Shown: in pieces, positions 19,693 to 29,457 of the stretch
Position numbering within the stretch: position 1 is the stretch's first letter
Layout: each line of letters starts with the position of its first letter
From: Nitrososphaerota archaeon
GTDB lineage: Archaea; Thermoproteota; Nitrososphaeria; Nitrososphaerales; Nitrosopumilaceae
NCBI GenBank assembly: GCA_022565935.1
Contig: JADFJY010000001.1
Coordinates: 1-54,181, forward strand
Reading direction: 5' to 3'
DNA length: 54,181 bases
Translations under genes and position numbers: made by a program
Notes under the pieces: generated by a model
Seen by the model: only the letters and a program-made list of their open reading frames with translations
The model's database searches: none
Told to the model about the DNA's origin: nothing

Positions 19693-20924
19693 TTTAGATC
19701 ACCAAGGATTGATTTTGCAGCAATTTCAACTTTTTTCCTGTTATTTTGATGAGTATAAATTCTAAGAATATTCATGAATCCAGAAATTGCTGAAACTACA
19801 GGAATATCTGAAATTAGCATCTCCTTTGCAGAGGATTTTCCATTATCATTTTTTATCAAAATTATAGATTTTGATTCGTTTTTAGATGGTGTAAGAGGAA
19901 TTGATGGAGTAACAGAACTATCTACAAAAATTTCAGTCTCATCAACTTTAGATTTTCTAGAAATGGCAGTTCTTAGTTCGTTAGTTCGTGTTTTTTTCAA
20001 GTTAGTTTTGCTAGTAAGTATTCTCTCAAAAACACATTTTAGTAATTTTCTGTTTTGATAATCTTGTGCAAATTGTCTAGCACGTTTTAATTTTGGAGAT
20101 TTTGATGAAATTAGAGTTGATAAAACGTATTCATCTGTAAGTTTAACATATTCATTTAGATTAAAACTAGTAAAACCGAATTCGTCATCAGATAATCTTA
20201 ACGCTTCAATCAGCATTACTTCTGCTGCTCTTACTGTTTTATGAAAATAAACTGCCTTGAACATTTGATATCTAGAATACATCATTGATTCAAAAGAATA
20301 TAATGCTGAACGCTCCAAAGCTAGTTTTTTCTGATGTACATCAAGTGATTGAGTGATTCTTTTGTGATCAATTTTAGCATGTTCTGCTCCTGTAAAATAA
20401 CCATCTCTAAGTAAATAGTCCATCATATCTGCACTAAGTGTACCTGAAACGATTTCATTCATGTATTGAAGTTTGGAATTCCCAAAAGCAACTTTTGTAA
20501 TGAGTTTTTTGTCAAAACCATTTTTTGATAAATTGTCACCAATCTCAGATTTTAGTATAATTTCTTTACCAAAGTCTTCATGTGAAATTTTTTTTTCCTG
20601 AATTATTTCCTCAAAAAGATGAGAAAATGGTCCATGTCCTATATCATGTAAGAGACCAGCTAATCTAAGAATTTCAATATCATCTAATTTTAAAATTTCT
20701 TTTTCATATAATGAATGACCTGCTTGACTAGCAATATGCATAACACCCAATGAATGCTCGAATCTTGTATGTTGAGCTGCAGGATAGGTCAAATGTGCAC
20801 CAGTAAGCTGTCTAATTCGTCTTAATCTCTGAAAAAGTGGATCATCAATTATTGATAATTCATGTTCATAGACTCGAATGAAATCATGAATTGGATCAAT
20901 TATATCTAGATGACTTTTTTTCAT
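19689..20924 (-). CDS. HD-domain phosphohydrolase (SAMHD1/dNTPase-like)
   Basis: [30 protein letters not shown] and DYLLRD motifs. Confidence 0.9.
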   Translation of the reverse strand: MKKSHLDIIDPIHDFIRVYEHELSIIDDPLFQRLRRIRQLTGAHLTYPAAQHTRFEHSLGVMHIASQAGHSLYEKEILKLDDIEILRLAGLLHDIGHGPFSHLFEEIIQEKKISHEDFGKEIILKSEIGDNLSKNGFDKKLITKVAFGNSKLQYMNEIVSGTLSADMMDYLLRDGYFTGAEHAKIDHKRITQSLDVHQKKLALERSALYSFESMMYSRYQMFKAVYFHKTVRAAEVMLIEALRLSDDEFGFTSFNLNEYVKLTDEYVLSTLISSKSPKLKRARQFAQDYQNRKLLKCVFERILTSKTNLKKTRTNELRTAISRKSKVDETEIFVDSSVTPSIPLTPSKNESKSIILIKNDNGKSSAKEMLISDIPVVSAISGFMNILRIYTHQNNRKKVEIAAKSILGDLN

Positions 20925-21502
20925 AATTTTATTTTCTTTGATAATATTTTAAAAATTTCTTCATGTATTTCTTGTTTGGACTTTGAAGCGTCAATTATTT
21001 TCCAATGTTTTTTCTTAGCAATAATTAGATAGATTTTAGATATTTTCCTTAAAAATTCTTCATTTTTTTCGAATTTGTCTCTATGAGTTTTCTGTCGATG
21101 AAATGACTCTTTTTGTGTCACATCAAGTAAAATTACAAGATCAGCTTTTGGAAGGCCTGCATCAAGATTCTCAAGCCATTTTTGTTTCATTCCATTTGCA
21201 ATGCCATAAATCAAATTAGAATGATAATAACGATTCATAATTAGAATAGAATTTTTTTCTTGAGCTGCTAAAATTTCATTTAGTTTTTCCCATCTATTTG
21301 CAGCTAAAAGACAATGAATTACTTGAGGAGTAAATTTTCTTTTTCCATCCAAATATTTTCTGATTTCTTTTCCTATTGGAGTTTTGTAGTCAGGAAAATG
21401 AAATACTTTAGTTTTGATCTTTCTTTTTTTAAGCGCTTTTTCCAATAAAGTTGATTGTGTTAACTTACCTGCTTGATCTCCACCTTCAATTACAATTATC
21501 AT
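20921..21502 (-). CDS. tmk: Thymidylate kinase
   Basis: IEGGDQAGKLTQ P-loop; NRY motif. Confidence 0.93.
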   Translation of the reverse strand: MIIVIEGGDQAGKLTQSTLLEKALKKRKIKTKVFHFPDYKTPIGKEIRKYLDGKRKFTPQVIHCLLAANRWEKLNEILAAQEKNSILIMNRYYHSNLIYGIANGMKQKWLENLDAGLPKADLVILLDVTQKESFHRQKTHRDKFEKNEEFLRKISKIYLIIAKKKHWKIIDASKSKQEIHEEIFKILSKKIKL

Positions 21503-21596
21503 AAGTTACCAAAACAGAGAAATTAATTGATTAAAAAATCTATCATGTTTAATGATTGATAAATTATTTAATACCAACTGATACCAGCATAATATT

Positions 21597-21722
21597 ATGG
21601 CTGATAAAGTTTCATGTCCTTACTGTGAATCAATTTTTGAGAATAAAGAAGATCTTTCAAAACACATTGATAGAATTCATCATGGTTCAGGTCTTTTAGA
21701 AGGCGATTCACGAAAATTCTAA
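21597..21722 (+). CDS. 41-aa single C2H2 zinc-finger protein
   Basis: Hand translation MADKVSCPYCESIFENKEDLSKHIDRIHHGSGLLEGDSRKF (C-x2-C-x3-F-x5-L-x2-H-x4-H). Confidence 0.8.
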   Translation: MADKVSCPYCESIFENKEDLSKHIDRIHHGSGLLEGDSRKF

Positions 21723-21814
21723 ACTTTTTTTATTTTGCTAAAAAAATAGATATAATCAAATTTTATCTAAAATCTATCAAGGTTTATAACTAAAAATTAA
21801 GAATGTAACACAAA

Positions 21815-22189
21815 ATGGGATTTGTTAAAGAAGTAATCAAAGAAATTGGAAACAAATCAAGAGAATTCTATGAATTTGTATTGCCACCAGTTGATATGAT
21901 TGAAGAAAATGATAATCTAATAATTAAAATTGATATCCCAGGATTTTCAAAAAAAAATATCAAACTATCAATTCATGGAAATGTTCTATCAATTAATGCA
22001 AAAAAAGATGATGATGTTTCTGGTACTGTAATCTGGAAACAACGACCAGATATAATTGATAAAAAAATTAAACTTCCAATGAGAATTAAAGAAGGTAAAG
22101 AGCAAGTTAATTCTGCCAAATATGCTGAAGGTGTTCTAACTATTACTATTCCAATTGAGAACACGGAAAAAAATATTCCTATTCAATAA
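21815..22189 (+). CDS. hsp20: Small heat-shock protein
   Basis: PPVDM...DIPG...AKYAEGVLTITIP alpha-crystallin domain; C-terminal IPI motif. Confidence 0.92.
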   Translation: MGFVKEVIKEIGNKSREFYEFVLPPVDMIEENDNLIIKIDIPGFSKKNIKLSIHGNVLSINAKKDDDVSGTVIWKQRPDIIDKKIKLPMRIKEGKEQVNSAKYAEGVLTITIPIENTEKNIPIQ

Positions 22190-22191
22190 GT

Positions 22192-23688
22192 TTATTTTCT
22201 AAATTTTGCAAATATTGCCATTACAGCTAAAGCGCCAATCATTCCAGCAATACCAGATGTTTCGTTTACGGGGTAAACTAGGGCACTTCCAATAAAAATT
22301 GCAGATGATAAAATACTACCTGATAAGAGAACATTAGATTTTGTGCTTTGCATTTGCATATACATTCGATTATCATCCATGAATCGCTTTATTTCTGGAG
22401 CTATTGTAATTGTATCTTCAATTGATTTTGCAAACTTTGTAAAAGAACGTTTTATTTCTTCAATGTATGCATCTTTGATTAGATGCTCTTCTTCTAGAAT
22501 TTGTTTTAGAACATTAACAAACTTGAAGTTGACTTTGTGTGTATGATAAATTCCTTCTATTATAGAAGACATTCTCATGTATAGTGCAAGATTTTTGGGC
22601 AACATAAATGGAAATTTGCTCATTGTTTTATTTGCAAGTTCCATTAACATTTTAACTTCCATTTCTTCAGGTTTTTTTCCATGCATTGCTTGCACTGTCA
22701 TTTGTACGGCTTTCTCAATTACTGTTTTATTATAATCTGGCATTAGCATTCCAAGATCACTCATTGCTTGTACGGTTCTAGATGAGTCTTTTTCAACTAG
22801 CGCCAAGTATAGTCGAATTAATCGTACTCTTGTTTCGTTATCTATTCTTCCAACCATTCCATAATCATATAGGATTATCTGACCTTCTTTGCCAACTGCT
22901 ATGTTACCTGGATGTGGGTCTGCATGAAATATTGCGTGTCTGAGTAGCATTGTAAAAAAGACCTTGTGCACGTCTATGACTAGCTTTTGTCTATCTATTC
23001 CTAGCTTGTCAAGTGCTTCAATATCTGTAATTTTGATACCTGGAACATACTCCATTGTAATTACATTTTTTGAGGTATACTCATCGTACACTTTGGGTAC
23101 AATGACATTTTTGTATTCTTTGACATTTTTTGAAATTGCTTTTAGATTTTGAGATTCTTTCATGTAATCCATCTCTTCATGAATAGTTTCAATAAATTGT
23201 GCAAGCATTGCATCAACTGATAATCGTAAATTGGGATCAACAAAACGCATTCCAATTGGCAAAATCTTTTTTAGAACTTGTATTTCATCATTTACCATCT
23301 TTTCAATTCCTGGACGCTTTACTTTAACTACTACTTGCTGCCCATTTATTTTGCCTCGATATACTATACCTAGTGAAGCTCCTGATAGCTCTTTTGTTTC
23401 AAATTCATCAAACATTTCATTGATATCTCCAATATCTTTTTCTATAGTTGGTTTAACTTTATCAAATGGTACAGCTGGAACATCGTCTTGTAGCTTTGCA
23501 AGTTCCTCCATGTATGGTTGCGGTAAGATATCTGCACGAGATGAAAGCCATTGTCCTAGCTTGATGTAAACTGGTCCTAGTTCGATAAAGGTTTTTAGAA
23601 CACGTCTTGCATTTTTGCGGAACTTTTCCTGGTCAATATTTTTTCCCTCTTTTCGTACCCATTCTCTTCGATCTTTTCTCATAGCCAT
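22192..23688 (-). CDS. ABC1/AarF/UbiB atypical kinase
   Basis: LGPVYIKLGQ, VKVKRP, FHADPHPGN and DYGM motifs; C-terminal TMs. Confidence 0.92.
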   Translation of the reverse strand: MAMRKDRREWVRKEGKNIDQEKFRKNARRVLKTFIELGPVYIKLGQWLSSRADILPQPYMEELAKLQDDVPAVPFDKVKPTIEKDIGDINEMFDEFETKELSGASLGIVYRGKINGQQVVVKVKRPGIEKMVNDEIQVLKKILPIGMRFVDPNLRLSVDAMLAQFIETIHEEMDYMKESQNLKAISKNVKEYKNVIVPKVYDEYTSKNVITMEYVPGIKITDIEALDKLGIDRQKLVIDVHKVFFTMLLRHAIFHADPHPGNIAVGKEGQIILYDYGMVGRIDNETRVRLIRLYLALVEKDSSRTVQAMSDLGMLMPDYNKTVIEKAVQMTVQAMHGKKPEEMEVKMLMELANKTMSKFPFMLPKNLALYMRMSSIIEGIYHTHKVNFKFVNVLKQILEEEHLIKDAYIEEIKRSFTKFAKSIEDTITIAPEIKRFMDDNRMYMQMQSTKSNVLLSGSILSSAIFIGSALVYPVNETSGIAGMIGALAVMAIFAKFRK

Positions 23689-23740
23689 TAGAGATGGTAA
23701 AAGTTTGATAATAACATGGATTGTATGAATAGTTAAGATG

Positions 23741-24115
23741 TTACTTCACCTGTGAGTCTTTGAGCTTTTTTGTAATTAGATATCCTGCATAACCTAAAAC
23801 TAAAGAACCTATTATTCCTGTAACTGGAGATTTTTTTTGCTTTAAAGCTGAGATTGTCTTTGCACCACCTATTGCAGCACATGCAAGACCTACTAGAACT
23901 TCAGGTGCATCATAAATTAGATGTCCAATTGGATTTTCTCTAGGATCAATTTTGTCTGTATGAACTAGAAATTTATCATCATATTCTCTAATGTGTAAAT
24001 TACCATAACGATATTGTTTGTTTGCTCCATTTTTTTGTCCTAGAAAAGTTTCTTCTGCTTTTTCTAACATGAATTCTCGTAATTCTTTAGGGACTTCAAT
24101 CTCATTATCGGACAT
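23741..24115 (-). CDS. Hypothetical membrane protein
   Basis: 124-aa ORF with C-terminal hydrophobic segments, co-oriented with the ABC1 kinase. Confidence 0.7.
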   Translation of the reverse strand: MSDNEIEVPKELREFMLEKAEETFLGQKNGANKQYRYGNLHIREYDDKFLVHTDKIDPRENPIGHLIYDAPEVLVGLACAAIGGAKTISALKQKKSPVTGIIGSLVLGYAGYLITKKLKDSQVK

Positions 24116-24193
24116 GATCGCAAGATCTACTAATTGCTTATAATCTTACGGTCTAGAAAATATAGTATACCTAATACAAATTTAGAAAAATGT

Positions 24194-24262
24194 TCAGAGA
24201 AGGGGTGTTGTAATAAATCCAACTACACTTCCTACTAGAAAGAGAAATACACCCTTTGCCAT
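24194..24262 (-). CDS. Possible 22-aa hydrophobic micro-peptide
   Basis: Hand translation MAKGVFLFLVGSVVGFITTPLL; TATA-like CTTAAGTA upstream, T-run downstream. Confidence 0.35.
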   Translation of the reverse strand: MAKGVFLFLVGSVVGFITTPLL

Positions 24263-24334
24263 ACCCAAAATTACCTACTTAAGATATGATATAACTATGA
24301 TGTAGATTTCCCAGAACTGGAAATTAGTATTAGA

Positions 24335-24667
24335 TTAAGGTTTAGATTCCATTTGGGACAATTTTTCGATTACTCGTTCAAGTTCTTCTTTGTTTTCATT
24401 AACAACTTGTTTAATTATTATAATTTCTTCATTTATTGGTTCTAGATGAATATCAGTAGAGTTTTTGATCTGTTTTTCTAGATCTTTTAAGATTTGTTGA
24501 TTGTATTGATTTATTTTTTCTAATTCATACTTGTATTTCTCTAAATTTTCATATTGATTAGAGAGTTCAGGGATCATTACATACTCTTGATTTGTAAGAA
24601 AACCTAGAAGAATGACAACACTTCCAACAGCTAAAACCAAAATTAAAACAACAATACTTAATCTCAT
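24335..24667 (-). CDS. Membrane-anchored coiled-coil hypothetical protein
   Basis: N-terminal TM followed by heptad-rich helix. Confidence 0.7.
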   Translation of the reverse strand: MRLSIVVLILVLAVGSVVILLGFLTNQEYVMIPELSNQYENLEKYKYELEKINQYNQQILKDLEKQIKNSTDIHLEPINEEIIIIKQVVNENKEELERVIEKLSQMESKP

Positions 24668-24705
24668 TTTGAATTGACCTTATTTTTCTGTTTTAGATTT
24701 AAGAT

Positions 24706-26013
24706 TTAATTGCTAGCCTCGATTGCTGCTTTTTTACGCCTGCGTATAATGTAAATTCCTGCACCTAGTGCCAAAATAATTGAAATAATTATAATTGTTG
24801 AATCAGGACCATCTTCATTACCACTAGTTGGTTCTTTAACAAAGATTGTTGCATCGTGAGTTAGAAAGATCTCATCTCTAATACTGTCTTTGTATCTTAC
24901 AGTAATGGTAATATCATGTTCTCCATATTTTGTTTCACCATCAAATTCTATTGGTAAATTAAATGGTACTGGTGCATCAGTTGAAATCTCATCAATAAAT
25001 TGAGTATGTGATTTGATATTAGAATCTCCACGAGGATCAATTGTTACAAAACCAAACAGTCCATCATCATTTCCTTCATTAATGATTTCTCCAATTACCA
25101 TTTGTGTTCCAGATAATTCAATTACATCTACATTGAAAACTCTAAGATCAATCAACCCTTTAATGTAAAAATCAACAATCTTTGCAATAGTATGCTGATC
25201 ACCATGTGCATTATAGTATGAAATGGATAAAGGAATTCGCAGAGTTTCACCTTTAAGTCCTTCAGGAACATATACTGTTGCTGTAAGATATCTAGCTGAC
25301 TTTGGAGCAATGTTTCCAATATCCCAGCTTGATTCTAAAATAACAACATTTTCTATATTAGTAGTTGATGATAATGTTGATGCACGTTCTGTTTGTGTGT
25401 TACTTGCAACAATATCTACACCAGAAATTGGAGCAGTTCCATCATTTGCAATTTCAATTACTACATTATTAGATTTTAAAGATGTAAGAAATGGTTCTAA
25501 GGCTCTTACATTAATCACACTATCACCTGTTACCTTGAAATCAAAATCAGAAAAAGCTGTTCTAACTCCAGATTCTCTTAATCTAGAATAATCAACTTTT
25601 ACAGTTCCAGGATACTGCTGAATTTGTACGTTTTTATCAAGATTTACAAAAAAAGTTAGATGAAAATTTTCTCCTGCTAAAGAATTAGAATCACTGTCCG
25701 CATGAATTATTGTACCTGGACCATCAGATGCAGAGAAACCAAGTGGTAATGATAATTGACCTCTAATTCCTGTAATATCTTGTGTTCCTACATTAGCAAA
25801 TACAACTGTAAATGGAACATTACTATCTCCTCCTTCAATTTCGATTTTTTGATTTAACTTACCAAAGTATGCATCTAAAAATTTGACATCTCCAAAATCC
25901 CTTTCAAAAGGAGAATTACCAAATCCTCCAGATGTTATTTGAGCAAACGAGTTATCAAAAATAAATGGTACAAGTCCAATAACAGACAATGATAACAATA
26001 GTTTAAGATTCAT
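24706..26013 (-). CDS. Secreted, C-terminally anchored Ig/CARDB-like (COG1361-type) surface protein
   Basis: Signal peptide; repeated x-N-x-G beta-sandwich motifs (ANVG, ANDG, INEG); TM + RRRKK tail; operonic with the ABC exporter. Confidence 0.75.
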   Translation of the reverse strand: MNLKLLLSLSVIGLVPFIFDNSFAQITSGGFGNSPFERDFGDVKFLDAYFGKLNQKIEIEGGDSNVPFTVVFANVGTQDITGIRGQLSLPLGFSASDGPGTIIHADSDSNSLAGENFHLTFFVNLDKNVQIQQYPGTVKVDYSRLRESGVRTAFSDFDFKVTGDSVINVRALEPFLTSLKSNNVVIEIANDGTAPISGVDIVASNTQTERASTLSSTTNIENVVILESSWDIGNIAPKSARYLTATVYVPEGLKGETLRIPLSISYYNAHGDQHTIAKIVDFYIKGLIDLRVFNVDVIELSGTQMVIGEIINEGNDDGLFGFVTIDPRGDSNIKSHTQFIDEISTDAPVPFNLPIEFDGETKYGEHDITITVRYKDSIRDEIFLTHDATIFVKEPTSGNEDGPDSTIIIISIILALGAGIYIIRRRKKAAIEASN

Positions 26014-26717
26014 TATGCTAAGACCTCCATTTCTGAGGGCTGATAACCTTCGAAGGCTTTACCATCTTTTATTGTTATTACTCTATCTACATCACTAAAT
26101 TGTTGTCTATCATGTGTAACTATAATGAATGTTTGATTAAGTTTTTTTGCCATTGATTTCATTAATTGAACAATTGTTTTTGCAGTTGCTGAATCAAGGT
26201 TACCAGTTGGCTCATCTGCTAAAACAATAGATGGTTTATTTATTAGTCCTCGTGCAATTGCTGCTCTTTGAGATTCTCCACCTGAAATCTTATTTGTACG
26301 CTGATACATTTGGCCTTCAAGTCCAACTGCTTTTAGTAAATCTCTAGCATCTTTTTCAGCAGTACTATTAGTTCCAGCAATTTGTCTGGGTAACAATACA
26401 TTTTCTAATACTGATAGATCACTGAGTAAATTAGAAAATTGGAAAATAAATCCTAATTTTTTATTTCTAAATGAAGAAGTTTTATTGTCACCAAGTGTTG
26501 TAGTATCAATTCCATCAATGAAGATCTTTCCATTTGTTGGATTATCTAATAATCCAATCATGTTAAGTAATGTAGATTTACCAGAACCGGAACTCCCAAC
26601 AACTAAGACAACTTCTCCCTGTTCAATTGAAAATGATACATTATCAAGAGCCTTTACTTTGTTTTCTCCTTCTCCGTAAATCTTACTTAGATTCTTTATT
26701 TCAAGTACTTTAGGCAG
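26013..26717 (-). CDS. LolD/MacB-type ABC ATP-binding protein; extended to a CTG start
   Basis: Walker A GSSGSGKS lies upstream of the track ATG (26561) in the same frame; ISGGE signature; LADEPTGNLD. Confidence 0.88.
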   Translation of the reverse strand: MPKVLEIKNLSKIYGEGENKVKALDNVSFSIEQGEVVLVVGSSGSGKSTLLNMIGLLDNPTNGKIFIDGIDTTTLGDNKTSSFRNKKLGFIFQFSNLLSDLSVLENVLLPRQIAGTNSTAEKDARDLLKAVGLEGQMYQRTNKISGGESQRAAIARGLINKPSIVLADEPTGNLDSATAKTIVQLMKSMAKKLNQTFIIVTHDRQQFSDVDRVITIKDGKAFEGYQPSEMEVLA

Positions 26718-27897
26718 TTCTCATAGCCTCCACAGGTAACAGCTTGGTTGCTCTATACGATGGGTACAGTGATGCAATAATTGCCAAGATAAATGAAGTT
26801 AGAGCAGTTTGTATGATCTTTCCCCAGTTATAGGTGACTTCAAGAGGGAGGCTATTATTCCATGACATTTTTGTTTCCTTTGCATAAAATGTATAACCTA
26901 ATCCTGCTGCAGTTCCCACTCCAGTACCAATTGCCCCAATAATCATTCCTTGAAGAATGAAAATTATTAGAATATCTTTTCTTTTTGCTCCTATTGCTCT
27001 CATTATACCAATTTCTTTAGTTTTTCCATTTACTAACATCATTTGAATTGTAACAATAGCAAATGCTGATGACATCATTCCAAAGTAGCCTATTATGTTG
27101 ATCATTGCAATACCAGATCTAAAACCAGCAAGTTGTTGTTCTGCTGATTCTTCTATAGTTTGTGCAAGAAAGTCATCATTAGGAAATGAACGCAAAAAGA
27201 ATTCTTTTACTTCTAATGCTTTGGAAGGATCATTTAGTTTTACCATGAATGAACTGGATTCGCCATTTCTATTCAACATATCACGTAAAGTATCAATATG
27301 TATTACAGCAGTATAATCAAATCCTTGACCACCAGGTGAATTTGCAATTCCAGAAACTGTGAATCTTCGAATTTGATCTTGCCCCCATCTATCAACTACA
27401 AGAACTTTAACACTATCTCCCACTTGAGCTCCTCCAAGATCTCTTGCTACATTAGATCCTAACACAATAGAATTTCTTGAAAAGACATAGCTTCCTTCTG
27501 AAACAGTTTTATGAACAGTTGATGCTCTAATATCACGGAATGGATCAACACCAACTAAAGGTACTCTAGTTTCTTCAATTAGTTTTCCATATTTTGTCAT
27601 ATTTATTTCAGCAGTCGATGAAAGCCGCGGAGTAGCTGCTTCAACATATGGAATTCTTTCAAACCAGTTAACAAGTGATAAATCTGATTTGGTGATATAA
27701 TCAGATTCATCAGTTACAAGAATGTCACCATTTCTGTAATCGCTGATATCTCTAACTATGGCATCAAACAATCCTTGAAATATTACAAAATTTACATGAA
27801 TTACCATTATTCCAATTGTTACAGCTAAAACTGCACCAATCAAACTACCTCTCTTGTTGAAAAGCATTCTTTTTGCTAATCTTAATCTATAATCCAC
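26710..27897 (-). CDS. LolE/FtsX/MacB-family ABC permease
   Basis: TM, large extracytoplasmic domain, KEIGIMRAIGA and YPSYRATKLLPVEAMR motifs. Confidence 0.9.
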   Translation of the reverse strand: MDYRLRLAKRMLFNKRGSLIGAVLAVTIGIMVIHVNFVIFQGLFDAIVRDISDYRNGDILVTDESDYITKSDLSLVNWFERIPYVEAATPRLSSTAEINMTKYGKLIEETRVPLVGVDPFRDIRASTVHKTVSEGSYVFSRNSIVLGSNVARDLGGAQVGDSVKVLVVDRWGQDQIRRFTVSGIANSPGGQGFDYTAVIHIDTLRDMLNRNGESSSFMVKLNDPSKALEVKEFFLRSFPNDDFLAQTIEESAEQQLAGFRSGIAMINIIGYFGMMSSAFAIVTIQMMLVNGKTKEIGIMRAIGAKRKDILIIFILQGMIIGAIGTGVGTAAGLGYTFYAKETKMSWNNSLPLEVTYNWGKIIQTALTSFILAIIASLYPSYRATKLLPVEAMRTA

Positions 27898-28013
27898 AGA
27901 GTTGATAAAATAGTCTAATATTTAATGTAATAGATGTATAGTAATTATATTATAGACAATTTTATATTAAATAAGTAATTTCTATAATCAATGGAGTTAC
28001 TTTAGGTGATAAA

Positions 28014-28916
28014 ATGGACAAATTAGATATGAAAATTCTAAGCACACTTTTGAATAATTGTAGAAAGCCTGATAGACAAATAGGCATAGAATTAGGAATA
28101 TCTGGTGGAGCAGTACGTGCCAGAATTCAAAAAATGGAAAAAAGAGAAATTATTGAAGAATTTTTCATTAAAGTTGAGCCACCAGTCTTGGGCTATGGTG
28201 TTTTGTACTTTGTTGTATCAGGTGAAGATATCAATGAGATTTTAGAACAGGTGAGTCTAGTAGGTGAACCATATTTTGTTGTACCGTGTATAGGTGGAAT
28301 TACAGTTTGTGGTATTGTAGTAAAAGAAAATGTGAAGCAAAAAGTTGAACTTGCAAGTAAATTGATGAAGGATGTCAGAGTCCTATCAATTTTTGAAGCA
28401 GAGAACACTGGATCTAGTTCAAATCTTACAAAAACAGATTTGGAGATACTGGAAAAATTAATTAAAGATCCTAGACAAAAAATTGAAAATATTGCTAAGA
28501 GTATAAACTTGTCAACAAAAACAATAACAAGATGTATTGAAAAATTACAGGAAAATGATGGAATTCAATTTACTTTAGTTTATGATTCTAGAAAAATTGA
28601 AAATTTTATTCCTCATGTTATTCTTACTTGGATAGAAGGTAATCTAAAAGAAACATTAGAAAATATGAATAATACTTTTTCCAAGTCATATTTGCAAATT
28701 CCTTTTATTGCAAAAAATCAAATTGTCTTATTTATGTATAGTGATAATATTTTCAAAATGGATGAACTAACTCAAAAAGTTCGAACTATCAAAAATGTTA
28801 AATCTGCTGATTTATTCATTCCAAAAAAAATTTTATTTTATACTAAATGGTTAGAAAAAGCCATTAATGATTTCAAAAAATCATCTAAATTACATCTAAC
28901 ATATCAAACAAATTAA
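28014..28916 (+). CDS. Double-domain AsnC/Lrp-family transcriptional regulator
   Basis: Two HTH units (DKLDMKIL...; TDLEILEKLIKDPR...). Confidence 0.85.
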   Translation: MDKLDMKILSTLLNNCRKPDRQIGIELGISGGAVRARIQKMEKREIIEEFFIKVEPPVLGYGVLYFVVSGEDINEILEQVSLVGEPYFVVPCIGGITVCGIVVKENVKQKVELASKLMKDVRVLSIFEAENTGSSSNLTKTDLEILEKLIKDPRQKIENIAKSINLSTKTITRCIEKLQENDGIQFTLVYDSRKIENFIPHVILTWIEGNLKETLENMNNTFSKSYLQIPFIAKNQIVLFMYSDNIFKMDELTQKVRTIKNVKSADLFIPKKILFYTKWLEKAINDFKKSSKLHLTYQTN

Positions 28917-28941
28917 ATAATAACAATTTTTATTATTACTT

Positions 28942-29457
28942 GTGAAGAGAAAGAAAATCTATGAAGGAAAAATTTTAGGTCTTAGCATTTATGAAGGAAA
29001 AATAGAAGGAAGAAAAGTCAAACGTGAAATGATCGAACATCGAGGAGCTTCTGCAATACTTGCTTTTGATGAAACAAACAAAGTAATTCTTGTTAAGCAA
29101 CATAGATTTCCTCATGGATATGTTTTAGAAATTCCTGCTGGAACATTAGAAAAAAGAGAAAAACCAATAAAATGTGCATTTAGAGAACTAGAAGAAGAGA
29201 CTGGATATAGAGCAAAAAAGATGACTCCATTAATCACATACTACCCATCAATTGGTTACAATACTGAAAAAATTCACTGTTTTGTAGCCTCAGGATTAAA
29301 GAAAATTTCTGATTTGAAACTAGATGACGATGAGATATTATCTGTAGTAAAAATAGATATGCAAAAATTGCTTAGAATGATAAAATCTGGAAAAATTGAA
29401 GATTCAAAAACAATTTGTGCAGTTTTAACTTTTGCTGCTAAAAAGAAACTATACTAA
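28942..29457 (+). CDS. NUDIX hydrolase (ADP-ribose pyrophosphatase-like)
   Basis: Nudix box EIPAG...AFRELEEETGY. Confidence 0.92.
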   Translation: MKRKKIYEGKILGLSIYEGKIEGRKVKREMIEHRGASAILAFDETNKVILVKQHRFPHGYVLEIPAGTLEKREKPIKCAFRELEEETGYRAKKMTPLITYYPSIGYNTEKIHCFVASGLKKISDLKLDDDEILSVVKIDMQKLLRMIKSGKIEDSKTICAVLTFAAKKKLY

